From Octopus bimaculoides (Eukaryota), in assembly GCF_001194135.2 (NCBI RefSeq), contig NC_069005.1:7464433-7528432 (forward strand): DNA of 64,000 bases, written 5' to 3'. Numbering within the stretch: the stretch's first letter is position 1; every line of letters begins with the position of its first letter. Position numbers and translations under genes: made by a program. A model generated the notes under the pieces. That model did not search any database. It saw only the letters and a list, made by a program, of their open reading frames with translations, and had not been told where the DNA came from. Of this stretch, positions 26,151-39,005 are shown one piece after another.

Positions 26151-29100
26151 AAGTGCACATCCTTAGTATCACAAAACATTCCAAGGCACCCCCCACCAGG
26201 TGTTCTGAGTAAAAAAGTTGCACACCATCAACCTCACTCTTTTGTCCATGACCATTTTCAATCCAGTGACAAGACCACGTCAAGATGACTGGGGATGGAG
26301 ATGGATGCAGTGGATGACCAACAGTTTGTACCTGCTTCATCCTGCTCTCTGCATCCCACAATGCATTGCTGCTGTTGCCTTCCTTTCTGTTGGACCACAA
26401 AGGTTTCTTCTGCAAAGTCTGCTGGATCCAGTCTTCACGTGCACAGGTAGGCAGGCCCTAATACGCTAACCCATAGACGGGATCCAGCCAGGTGCTACTA
26501 CCTCAGTCAGGGTAGACATGGGGACAACAGTGGCTGAGAACTGATTCTACATTCCTCAAAAACCTTGGGGCCCATGACTAGATGCATATGAACAGGAAAA
26601 GCACATGCAAACACAAACTACATAGCCTATGGCTATGTGCACCAGTTGCCATGGCCATAGGCGCTGACACTGCTGTGTGGTTAAGAAGTACACTTCAGAA
26701 CTGTGTGGTAGGGATTTGGTCCTATTGTTTGGATGCTGTCAGCTGGTATCCTCTACTATACCTGCAGACTGACTAATATGAAGGTATTGTGAAGCTGGTA
26801 GATAGAAACTGAAAGAGGTGCATCATCGTCATCATCATCATCACCACCACTTAACATGGGCTGGCAAGCCAGATGGCCTGCACTTGAAAAAAAAAGTGTA
26901 AGAGTTGGTGACGTGAAGAGCATCCAGCATACAAGCCCTGCTTCAAGTATGTCTTATGTAAGTTATACTAGCATAGGGAAACAAACGTTAATCCTTTAGC
27001 ATTTAAATTGGGCGTTGCTTGGCCCGAATATTCTACCTGCTTCATGTTCAAACCAGCCAGATCCATCCTCTCAGACTTACCCAACAATGCCATTCTAGAA
27101 ATAAACAATTACAGAAAAAATCTCAAAGCTATGAGAGAAGAGACAATGCATGATTAGCGCAATATGAATGGATAAGTATGATATTTGACAGACTAATCCG
27201 AATGCTAAAGGGTTAAACAAAAACGATTTATATATATATATATATATATATATACTCAGAACATACTAAAAGACGGTTGACATTAGGAAGTGTATCCAGA
27301 TGTAGAAATCATGCCAAAGCAGTTACTGGAGCACAATACAATGCTTGGGCCTACTGTGTTGGCACTCTGTCGCTTACGACGTCGAGGGTTCCAGTTGATC
27401 CGATCAATGGAACAGCCTGCTCGTGAAATTAACGTGCAAGTGGCTGAGCACTCCACAGACACGTGTACCCTTAACGCAGTTCTCGGGGATGTTCAGCGTG
27501 GCACAGTGTGACAAGGCTGACCCTTTGAATTACAGGCACAACAGAAACAGGATGTAAGAGTGAGAGGAAGTTGTAGTGAAAGAATACAGCAGGGTTTGCC
27601 ACCATCCCCTGCCGGAGCCTCGTGGAGCTTTAGGTGTTTTTGCACAATAAACACTCACAACACCCGGTCCGGGAATCAAAAACGCGATCCTATGANNNNN
27701 NNNNNNNNNNNNNNNNNNNNNNNNNNNNNNNNNNNNNNNNNNNNNNNNNNNNNNNNNNNNNNNNNNNNNNNNNNNNNNNNNNNNNNNNNNNNNNNNNNNN
27801 NNNNNNNNNNNNNNNNNNNNNNNNNNNNNNNNNNNNNNNNNNNNNTATAGATGGATAGATAGATAGATAGATAGATAGATACATAGATGGGTATGCTAGT
27901 GGAAACCAAAATTCTTTAGAATCAATATTTCTATCAGTACGTGTGTAGTTCTGAACAATACTGTTAATCACCAGGTATCACTGTATAATTTTGAATAGTA
28001 TTTAGCGAGCCAACAGCAGAACCAAGACTACATTCTTCAGCCTGCTAGAAATAGCAGCCAAGTCGCTTTCAAATGCCATGTTACTGTCTTATCAAAATGA
28101 AAAACACGTTGAATAATATAATTGTTTAACTGAGGTTGGCTTTGATGAAGACATCTCAGCCATGACCGCCCCATATTTTATAAACCATAAAGTAGCTAAG
28201 GCTGTTGAATGCACAGATCTCACTGCTTTTTCTTTTTTTTATTTTATTCTTTTACTTGTTTCAGTCATTTGACTGCGGCCATACTGGAGCACCACCTTAA
28301 AGGATCTTATTCGAAAAAAATCAACCCCAGAATTTATGCTTTGTAAGCCTAGCACTTATTCTTATCGATTTCGTTTGCAGAACAGCTAAGTTACGGGGAC
28401 ATAAACACACCAGCATCGGTTGTCAGGCGATGGTGGATGGGGGGGGGAACGAAACAGACACACACACATAAATATAGGCATATACACGATGGGCTTCTTT
28501 CAGTTTCCGTCACAAGGTTTTGGTCGGCCCGAGGCCATAGTAGAAGACACTTGACCAAGGTGCCACGCAGTGGGACTGAACCCAGAACATGTGGTTGGAA
28601 TGGTGTGAGTTGAATAAGATGTCTGCTTTTTTTTTTAACAGGTTAGATAATGCATTCCTAGACGCATTTTGCCTCATAAAAATGACGAAAGGATGGCCGT
28701 AGGTGGAATTCCTTCGATCATAAACTGTTCGCTTGTGTCAGTCATGGCTCTAAACAACAACGCATTCCTCCGCCAAAATTCATGCCCATCGATCTACTTC
28801 ATAACTTCACCTATCGATCATCACGTAACCAATTTTAGAGAGACATACCTAATTATGCAATGTTGCTACCAGGAATCGTCCGCATACTGGTGAATATACG
28901 GTATAAGGAGTTGAGCAATAGATTCACTCTAGCTTATTTCTGTATTAAAAGCTACATAAGCAAAAGTCAAATTCATATTGACTTATTGACGCAACGAATA
29001 TAGAAAAATAAAATCAATATTTTTTTCAGTCGTCGGGATATAATACAGATGTCTGCGAAATGATGTATTAGATTAACATACCCATTGCATAAGATTAAAA

Positions 29101-30151
29101 CGAAAACGTTTAATTAAAGATTTAAGTAACAAAACCCAAATATATGTCTAGCTATCCAAACACGAAAGAAATTAAGACACATAATGTTAGAATTCTCCCC
29201 TGAAATCATCCATATATTGGTAAATATCCCAGGCAATGAAAAGAAGAAGAAAAAAAAAAGAATATATATATGGCTTCTACTATTGAAAGCTAAATTGTTA
29301 TCGATCACCTGATGCAATGATTATAAAAAATATAATCGTTAATTATTTCATTAGTAAAAAGAAAAGGGGGGCTGGGAAGAAAGAACTGTCTTAAAGACAG
29401 TCAGTATGTGAATATATATAAGGAATTTTGTCGATATATTTTGAAATAGATTTTTTTAATTGTATAGTAGAAAACACCTGAAATGCATTAGTTTGGGATT
29501 CGTTTGTTTGTTTGGTCTTTTTTTTTCTTCTCATTTTTTACAATATAGAATTGATATATTAAAGATAAGAATGGACACAAATATTGAGTGAAATATTTAG
29601 TGTCCGTGCATACGTGTTGCCTGCTCGTACGTTGGTGTAATGCCACAAGACTGATAGCAACAGAATCTAATAGTAATATTCTTATTCAATGTATTATTTA
29701 AAAAGAAAAGACAGGAATTAAAAGGCCAGACACAATAAACAGTGTCGTTCATCCAATTCATAATAGCAGCGATCAAAGATCGTGGCTATCTTGAAATGTA
29801 CATATTTCAACGGAAATCGAAGCCCATTCAAGACACACAAGAAAAAAAGAAAAACAATTTCGTCTCATCAGTTAATGGTCGAGCAAACGCTGCGACATCA
29901 TTTCGGACAGTTAAACACACACACACACACATACATACATACATATATATATGTGTGTGTGTGTGTGTGTGTATGGGAGCCAAAAGGTCAGCTAACTAGA
30001 AAGGTCGATGAAATTGGGCAGTTGAGTCTCTCTCTCTTTCTGTGTGTGTGTGTGTGTGTGTGTATGTATCATCATCATATATGTGTGTGTACACATACAC
30101 ACACACAGAGACATACACATAGTAATAGATACACGCGCGCGCGTATGTATG

Positions 30152-30182
<31 letters not shown>

Positions 30183-31605
30183 NNNNNNNNNNNNNNNNNN
30201 NNNNNNNNNNNNNNNNNNNNNNNNNNNNNNNNNNNNNNNNNNNNNNNNNNNNNNNNNNNNNNNNNNNNNNNNNNGCGCACATTCCTGATCGTAGATCAGT
30301 CTTCCACATAATCCTCATCAAAAAATGTCAAACGTACCCCAAATATCACATCTCTCTCTCTCTCTGCTCACAACAACTTATTGCAATGGGTTTTCTCGAC
30401 GACGCAGTTCATCATTACACACACACACACACATCCATACATATACACACATCATATCTAGTCCTGCCTCCGAAACCTCACCTTTCACCTTTCCCATATA
30501 ACAACCTATTTAATTTAACTGGGGTTTTTACTATGATTAATTTTACATCCAGGGTATAGAGGAGCTTCTACGTGGTAACACGAACTTCCAGAAACGGCAG
30601 TCAAATCGTCCTTAAATCATACGCCCCAACGTTTAAAATAGAGAATGATTTTTATTTTGGACGATCTTGTTATTATATCAGTTTTTACAAACCAGAGACT
30701 GCAACGTTTTATTCCTTTAAAGATGATGTGATATGAGGACTTTTTCGCTGTTATGTCCAGCAGATCAACAACGACGGTCTGCGTTTTCAGAGAAGTAAAT
30801 GGAATCAGTTATGCAATGTTGGTTGGTTGGTGTCGTTGGCCGAGATTGGTGTCAGGTGTGGTGATTCGGGACAGGTAGGTTGGTCGTTGAAGAAGCATAA
30901 GGGCTGTGTGTGTTATTGAAGGATGTTAATAATGTTACGGAATGTGTGTGTATGTGTGTGTGTGTAAGTATGCATCCACGCATGTATATATGTGTGTATG
31001 CATACATGCATGTATATATATATATGTGTATGCATACATGCATGTATATATGTGTGTGTATGCATGCACAATATAATTTCTTCAAAAGGTGTTCTGTTTG
31101 ATAAGGTCACACCACACCTTATCTCACTAAGATGCAAACTTTAAGTGTATGTGCGCGCGCGCGTTTATACACACACACACAAGATTAGTAAAGAGATTAT
31201 AAGCCTGCAGCCAGCGGGTCTGATGGTAACTTTCTGACAGGCCATAACCAACGACTACATAAAATTATATATATATNNNNNNNNNNNNNNNNNNNNNNNN
31301 NNNNNNNNNNNNNNNNNNNNNNNNNNNNNNNNNNNNNNNNNNNNNNNNNNNNNNNNNNNNNNNNNNNNNNNNNNNNNNNNNNNNNNNNNNNNNNNNNNNN
31401 NNNNNNNNNNNNNNNNNNNNNNNNNNNNNNNNNNNNNNNNNNNNNNNNNNNNATATATAGATAGATAGATAGATAGATAACTATTTGGTTTAACTTAATT
31501 ATTATAACTTATACAATTCGGTAGCAGTAGAAACACACATTCTTTCACTGTGTGTGTGTGTGTGTGTGTGTACATATAGACAGAAACCTTCACTATGAGA
31601 CATAC

Positions 31606-31828
31606 TCAACCAAAATAAAATCTCTGTGTGTATTGGCGAAGCTCCCTCGGTAAACCGAGTTCACGTCCAGGTTTCGCGCCCCGATTCCCTATTGACTGTG
31701 CAACCGTTCGTTGCTCAACTCCTGCAAGGGACCAGGTCGGATCGGGTCGGGTTCGAAAACAATGGACATGGTAATTCTTTTTTCTTCTAACCATCTGAGA
31801 GCTCCTTATGGATTTAGAAGGGAGACTT
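31606..31828 (-). CDS. Candidate alternative exon of the I-2-like gene ending in a stop (truncating/poison)
   Basis: Acceptor tttgtttacag, donor TGA|GTATGT. In phase 2 (the phase of exon 1) it is open for 73 codons (SLPSKSIRSSQMVRRKKNYHVHCF...YFG) and stops on its last 3 nt. No homology recognised. Confidence 0.35.
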
Positions 31829-33113
31829 CTGTAAACAAATATCTATCTATCAGGTGGTGGGGCAAACCACTGATTCTTAAGCGGAAATAAACGACAAGTG
31901 TGTGCAATAGAAAAAGGCTAGAAAGGTGTTCACGAAGCAAATAAATGATCGGAAAGGTTAGCATGGGCTGGTTTGATATTTAAACAATTAATTACGGTCA
32001 GAAGAAACGTAAATACGCACAATAAATGAATTGTGTATTGCTTTGAATGATTTGTAATTTAGAAGAAAAAAAAGTGTGTGGGTCTCAAATAATGAAACTA
32101 GCTGCATGAAAAGAAGAAACTTAACGAAGTTTGGGTCAGGGTTTATCAAAACCGTAAGAGAAACATTTTAATTTTAAAAAGAAATTGATCGTAGTATAGG
32201 CCTAAACAATAATAGTAATCCTTTCTACTACAGGTACAGAGCCTGAACATTTTTAAGGGGACAGAGCAAGTCGATTATATCGACCTTGGTACTTTATTTT
32301 ATCGACCGCGAAAGGATGAAAGGCAGAGTCGACCTCGGCAGGATTTGAACTCAGGACGTAAAGAACGAAAAGAAGTGCCGCTAAGTATTGTGACCGACGC
32401 GCTAACCGAATCTGCCAATAATAATAATAATAATAATAATAACCGATTCGATTTCTTCGTAATCGTTAAGTTTCAGATGGGATCGATTTGTATTTCGGGG
32501 TTTCGCATGTTTTATTTTTTTTATCAGTTTTTGCATTTATATTTTTCAGTGTTTTTTTTTTTNNNNNNNNNNNNNNNNNNNNNNNNNNNNNNNNNNNNNN
32601 NNNNNNNNNNNNNNNNNNNNNNNNNNNNNNNNNNNNNNNNNNNNNNNNNNNNNNNNNNGGTAAAGAAGAAGGGGGAAAAAAAAAACATTCCGAAGATCGG
32701 CCCTGATCGAAAGAAGGAACGAGGAAAAAACACAAAATTTCTTTCTGATCGATGAAATACCATCAAGGTACCACGGCTGGATTTTTTTTCGTGGGTTTTA
32801 AATACATCTTCGTATAAGGGCATCCTATGTATGAATGAAATTATAAATAGGTAAAAAAAAACAACAATCTCTCTGAGATAGAGAAATGTCAGAAGAGAAA
32901 GAGACAAAAAATATCATTAAAATATTGTATATTTAGCATGATTGCTAAAATAAATATCGTAAACTCGTCAGAATGAAACAGAATTGTTTGTTTGTGTGTG
33001 TGTGTATGTATGTTTAATTAGAAAGGTGAAAAAAAATAAAATAGAAGTCACATCGTTGAAGAAAAGAAATTGAATTGAAATATATGTGGAAAAAAATAAG
33101 GATAGGAACTTAC

Positions 33114-33190
33114 GGAGTTTGGTCAGGTTTATCAAAACTTGAAGAATTTTTGAGAATGCCCTTCTTGGGTCTTTTCTCGTCAGTAGCCAT
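33114..33190 (-). CDS. PPP1R2: Probable protein phosphatase 1 inhibitor-2, first coding exon
   Basis: Minus strand ATG at 33190: MATDEKRPKKGILKNSSSFDKPDQT+CC, then donor CC|GTAAGT (phase 2; 77 nt). An N-terminal RPxKGILK (SILK-type PP1 docking motif) followed by SxSFD is typical of inhibitor-2 (human HRPIKGILKNK, fly KGILKTSRSFDK). The diagnostic downstream KSxKWDEMN/HPADKDYG exon was not found in the window, so the assignment rests on this exon alone. Confidence 0.75.
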
Positions 33191-34450
33191 GTTTAACAGA
33201 GTCTCAACATCGTCGCGCTTGTGTGTGTGCGTGTGCGTGTGTGTGAGTGAGTGAGAGAGAGAAAGAGGAGAAGGAGAAGGAGGAGCAGAAAGAGGAGGAG
33301 GAGGTGGGTATATAGAATAAGATCAATTATCCGGCAAGCCTGAGGACCGGAAGTGTCCCGGATTTCTGAATTTTTTTTTTCCGGTTTTCTGGAGACAATT
33401 CTCAGTCCAGATCTTATTAAAATAAACGGGTTTTGAAGTGTTTAAAAAAAACAAATGCTTGCTGATGACAAAGACTGCATTCATTTTTTTTTTCTTGAAA
33501 TTAGTAATAAAGAAGTTCCATGAGTAGAAAATGTGAAAAAAAAAAATTGTTGAAAAATTGAAAAAAAAAGTTGTTGAAAATTTGACAAAAATTCTGATGA
33601 AAATTTGAACTTCAAGTGGTCGTAAGAAATGGATTGAAGATCCGAATAAACTGTAAAAAGTAAAAGAACTAAATTGTCTTTAACGTTCAAATCAGTACAA
33701 TTCCAAAGCACGGTCAGTTTGATATTTATTAAGCCATTTAAAATTCTGAAAATATATCACACTGTACCATAGACACAGTATTAATTTTTATAAGATGAAA
33801 ATTAAATGATGGAACATGATTTTATTTAACAGATACAGGTATAAATTTATACACTTCCAAAGCAGACTACATTTAATGTTTATGAATCCACATAAAAAGA
33901 ATTATTTTTAATACATCGTATATAAATTAAATAACTTTAAAAAAAACAGGGTATGTGTACTCAATACAGGATGAAGTATAGTACACAGTATTCCGGATAT
34001 CTGACGGTTGCGGATTTCTGGAAGCCGGATAAGAGGTCCGGTACTGAAAAGAAATGTTGTTAGGAAGTTAATAGCTGCAATGTTGGCGAATGGCTAATAA
34101 TAAAACAGCCACATAAAATAAACACCACAGCCAGTAATGTAGTCTAATTTAATTAATCTATTCATAATTTTCAGAAATGAGGATTTTTTTGTGTGATTTT
34201 TCTATATAGAAAGAAACAAAAATTTGCGCAGGCGAAAAAAAAAAATTGTGATAAATGTAAACAATGCGGTCCTGGTTTTTCACCTTTTTTTTTTAAGGAA
34301 GAGACGGAGCGTCGAGGTGACAACAATTTCTACTTTTTAATTCCTTGCATTTCTTAGTTTGGGGTCTCTCTTTCTCTCTCTCCGAATAATATAAAGATAT
34401 ACAGCTAAATATTTGTATTTTTTACCTCAGGTGAAACACGTTTTTATACT
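33191..34450. promoter_or_regulatory. Probable bidirectional promoter between the I-2-like gene and VCPIP1
   Basis: Lies upstream of both divergent genes inside a visibly CpG-retaining zone. GA-rich leader at 33250-33310, ETS site ACCGGAAGTG at 33346-33355, NRF1-like TGCGCAGGCG at 34225-34234, possible non-coding first-exon donors GAG|GTGACA (about 34316) and CAG|GTGAAA (about 34430). TSS positions are not directly visible. Confidence 0.5.
33313..34046. mobile_element. Pogo/Tigger-like MITE
   Basis: Degenerate about 23-bp TIRs (TAGAATAAGATCAATTATCCGGC versus reverse complement CAGTACCGGACCTCTTATCCGGC), TA on the left. A second partial copy at 43861-44098 shares the TIR and internal segments. 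Confidence 0.6.
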
Positions 34451-34484
34451 TCTAGTTTTTAAATTTCGTCTTTGTAATATGCAT

Positions 34485-34516
<32 letters not shown>

Positions 34517-35543
34517 TAAACGCATACATATACACACATGTAATTATTTTGCATGGATGTCTATCTGTGTTTGTGTACGTACACATACACGTAATTGTTC
34601 TGCATGTCTATATAATATATATGTATATCTATCTGTGTTTCCTTGTACGTGTATATATATATATAAGTATTTTGTTCAAAGATATATGAAATATATATGC
34701 ATGAATTTATTGTATGTGACTATATCTGCATGTATATATATGTGTGTAAATATACATGCATGTATATATATATAAATATTTACATATATATATGTATTTA
34801 CATATACGGATATTATATAACGTTTATATATATATATACATACATATATATATATCTGTATAGATCTTGCATAAATGTTTATACGTATATATTGCATAAA
34901 CAACAAGTTAATACCCAAATTGAATTGATGCATTTTATGACTATTTATATACGTTCATGTATGTATATTTTTATGTAGATGCTTTTAATTTTGCTATTCC
35001 TTATCTTTGTTGTATACTCTATATTTAATTTCTGCTTTTTCGCCTTCGTCATCTGCATCATTACTCTAATTAATCCATCCGATATGCTGAGAGAATCATT
35101 ATATATATATATATATATACACACACATACATATATATCTGTGTGTGTGTGTACGCAGCAGATAGGATATATAAATAATAACCAATAAATCATAGTATAT
35201 GCATATAGATAGATAGATATTACATACATCCTGTACATTTTTGTGTCTATTGAATTTGATGATTACATATATGTGTATATATATAGCATTCTGTGTGCAT
35301 GTAAATATACATTTGTATGTGCGTATACGCACTCTCACGTGTATCGATGCACGTGCACACACACGCGATAAAATTTTTGAGGTAACAAAACTAGCCCCTG
35401 TTGAACGGCTTCATATCACTAGGGATCAGTTTTGGACAAAGATGGGCGTGGGTAGGTTTTGCAATCACTCTCTCTCCTCCTTTTCCTCTCCGAATCCAAA
35501 ACCATTTAAAATGTAATCATGTTTTTACAACTGACGTAATTTC

Positions 35544-35820
35544 GGTCCAGATGGACTATATGTAATCTGAACCTTTCCCCCCTTATTTTTTTTTTACGGA
35601 ATCCCTAACCCTAAACCTAACCCTAACACTAGTTTTGTGAGATTTGGCTGTTATTTCTAGCATGTAAATAGCCTGCATGGTGGGGGGGGGGAATTGAAAT
35701 TTTTCAAAATTTTTTTTTTCAGAATCGGTATCTCCATAACCTAAAACATGGGATTCCGTAAAAAAAATTAATTAATAAGGGTGGGGGGGGGGTTCAGATT
35801 ACATATAGTCCGTCTCTACC
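35544..35820. mobile_element. MITE with long TIRs, GG termini and 8-bp TSD
   Basis: GGTCCAGATGGACTATATGTAATCTGAACC...TTTTACGGAATCCC versus its reverse complement at 35750-35820; exact TSD GTAATTTC at 35536-35543 and 35821-35828; internal CCCTAA-like repeats. Confidence 0.75.
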
Positions 35821-36106
35821 GTAATTTCTTTCTCCCGTCTGGAAATTTCCACTGATTTTATTCATTTATTCAGATGTATTTTCTTTTAAATTTTGAACTA
35901 CTTTTATTGTATTCAGCATCAACGACACGTTTACCGAGCCATTTTCTTCTGATGTTGTTCGACGTGCTAAAAGTAGTAGTCAGTATTTTCCTCAGATCAA
36001 GAGACCCTGTCTCTTCTTAAAACGGTGAAAAACTTATCAGGTCGTGTAGACTTGACAAACTCCTTACAAGAAAGGAATGGCTAGAACCCCCTTCTGAACA
36101 TAATAG

Positions 36107-36274
36107 CAGTGTCGTCTTATGACACGTGCACACTGGGCAGTTGTTCGGAGCCCCTCACATATCTAGGGGTCCAGTTCTGATCTGTGTATGAGGTTAGCTG
36201 TCTATAAATAAATACCTCTAGGGCTCAGTGCATTGATTTGTCCGGGGGCTTATAATGGTGCTAAGATTGCCCTG
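36107..36274. mobile_element. Degenerate hAT MITE
   Basis: CAGTGTCGTCTTAT...CTAAGATTGCCCTG with 8-bp TSD CATAATAG / CATAATAA. Confidence 0.6.
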
Positions 36275-38084
36275 CATAATAAGTTTACTAGATGCCGGGG
36301 GTTAAACTGTGTTTACATAACAATAATAGGAGAGGTTCGGCGTGGTCGTTTGACTTAGAAATTGTAGCCAAAAGTTTCTTTTTACTATCTTTTGTCTTTT
36401 ACTAGTTTCAGCCATTAGACTACAGTTATGCTGGGTCACCACCTTGAAGAATTCTTAGTCGAATGAAACGACCCCAGTACATATTTAAAAAAAAATCCTG
36501 GTACTTATTCTTATTCCTTTATTGCCTACAGGGGGATAAACATAGAGGGGACTTATTCTATCTGTCAATAGATTACGGGGATGTAAACACACTAACACCG
36601 GTTGTCAAACGGTGGGGTTGATAAACACCGACAGAAACACACAAACACGGACTTATTTCAGTTTCTGGCTACCAAATTCACTCACAAGGCTTGGTCAGAT
36701 CAAGGCTATTGTAGAAGACACTTGTCCAAGGTGACACGCAGTGGGACTGAACCTAGAATCATGTGGTTGGGAAGGAAGCTTCTTACCACAAAGCCACACC
36801 AGCACCTTACTTGACAAAAATGGCCAAAAATCTGACTGGAGCCTGGTGCAGCTCTCTGGCTAACCAGCTCCATTCAAATCATTTAACCCATGCCAGCATG
36901 GGGAACGGACGTTAAATGATGATGATGGTCATGGCTGTTACACCTTTAATCATAGGTTTGCTTGACCAGGTAGGACTAACCTGGAGTTACGTGACAACTA
37001 CTACAATTGTTGCCATTTTCTAACCAATGAGTTGTAACGTGGGGAAATAGCAGCCAGACCTTGCCGTTCTGTCTAAATGAAAGAAAAGGGCACATCAGAT
37101 AATTTAGTCCAAGATACACTACATCTGAAAAACTAAGATGTGAGGGTTATGAGTGGAAGGTCTTTAATTACATTATATAACACGATTTTTGTCCTTGGGT
37201 AGCAACTGTTGTTTCCTATTTGCTTACCCCCTAGAAAGTATGAAAAATGGCTAATATTTCCTTCAGATTTTGCTTTTGTTACGTTTATTCAAACCCCAAA
37301 AGAGTCCCTCTCAGCACATGGCTATGATGCTCCCCCACTACTCCTGCTCATGATCAGAGATGCACATATTGTCAGCTGCTGAGGAACATGCTCAAGTGGT
37401 TAACGTCAAGCAACTCAGCACTGAATCTGTCTGAAATGTAATGGAAAGTAGATCAGTTTCAAGACATTGGTGTCCAGGTCACAAAATGCAAAGTTTGAAG
37501 GGAATAGTAGTCATTTCCTTTGATTTCTAGATAGAAGCAAATAAGAAATAACACTGACCATTTAACGTATCATCATCATCATCATCGTTTAACGTCCGCT
37601 TTCCATGCTAGCATGGGTTGGACGACTTGACTGAGGACTGGTGAAACCGGATGGCAACACCAGGCTCCAATCTAAATTTGGCAGAGTTTCTACAGCTGGA
37701 TGCCCTTCCTAACGCCAACCACTCAGAGAGTGTAGTAGGTGCTTTTACGTGTCACCTGCACGAAGGCCAGTCAGGCGATACTGGCAACGGCCATGCTCGA
37801 AATGGTGTCTTTTATGTGCCACCCGCACAAGCCAGTCCAGGGGCACTGGCAATGATCTCGCTCGATATATCCTATTATAAATTTGAGTGATGTTTCTCTG
37901 TCCATTACGTTTTTATGTTCATTAATTCCTCCTAGACCATTGGTGCAAGGTCAACGAAACTCAAACCAGCAACTCCCCCAATCGCAGGGAATGTTTTAAG
38001 AGGGTCTATTTTTTTAAGGCCTGCTTAATTGGGGCCCCACTGACACCCCTGTTTTTACTGCATTTTGAACTAAATACAGGGCAT

Positions 38085-39005
38085 TGGCGACCAAATCAGA
38101 GCAATGACAATGAGTTTTGTACCATGAACTCCCAGGGAGTATGGAACAAAATCCCATTCTAGCTGTTGAGGAACTAGCACAGAAGCTTAGATTTGGTCAT
38201 TCAACCATTCATCGACACCTGCATGCCATCAGAAAAGTCAGCAAATTGGGTCAATGGGTTCCTCACAAACTTTCCAAGTCTAATCGCACGCAGAGAGTGA
38301 ATGTGTGCTTTTCTTTGCTGCCACATCTCACGAATGAATCTTTTTTGGACTGAATAGTGACTGGTGATGAGAAATGGGTTCTGTAAAAAAATGTCAAGCG
38401 CCGAAGACAGTGGGTAGCGAAAGGAGAAACACCAGCACCCCAGGCTAAAGAAGGCTTTCACCCACGTAAAGTGTTGTTATCTGTTTGGTGGGATATGAAA
38501 GGTTTAGTCTGCTTTAAACTTTTAAACCCAAACCAAACGACAACAAAGGACATCTACTATGAGCGGCTTGAGTCAACGCTAGAAGAAAAACGACCATCTT
38601 TGGTTTCAAGATGAAAGGTGTTCTTCCATCAGGATAATGCTCGGCCACATACAGCGATTATGACATTCAAAAGGCTGGAGCAGTTTGAACGGAAAACGAT
38701 GCCCCACTCACCATATTCTGCAGACATTGTCCCATCTGATTATCATTTATTCTACAGTCTTCAAAGTCATTTGGACGGAAAAAATATAAATTCTGTAGAT
38801 GAGGTCAGAACAGTTATTGGAGGAGTATTTTTCATCACGGAGAAGTGAATTTTGGAAAAGGGGCCTTGCAAGTCTAGCAGATAGATAGAAGAGCATTCTA
38901 GAAAATGAAGGAGAGTATATTTTAAATTAAAAAAGAACTTTATCTTAATTTTGAAAAATAAAAGAAGTATAAAAAAAACCACATTTTTTATGGGATGACC
39001 CAATA
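38085..39005 (+). mobile_element. Mariner (DD34D) transposon remnant
   Basis: KLGQWVPHKLS, IVTGDEKWV, VWWDMKG, FHQDNARPHTA, PHSPYSADIVPSDYHLF (34 residues between the last two Asp); stops and frameshifts present; right TIR ...ATGGGATGACCCAA-TA. Confidence 0.9.

Noticed and set aside
28669-28893. + strand 74-aa ORF as a VCPIP1 upstream exon
   Set aside because: No homology, stops in all frames immediately after the acceptor, and its donor phase (2) does not match the VCPIP1 acceptors.
30720-30790. C/D box snoRNA
   Set aside because: Box C is imperfect (ATGATGT), and there is no terminal CTGA or closing stem.
35603-35627. Interstitial telomere or chromosome fusion scar
   Set aside because: Only about four imperfect units, located inside a MITE with intact TIRs and TSD.
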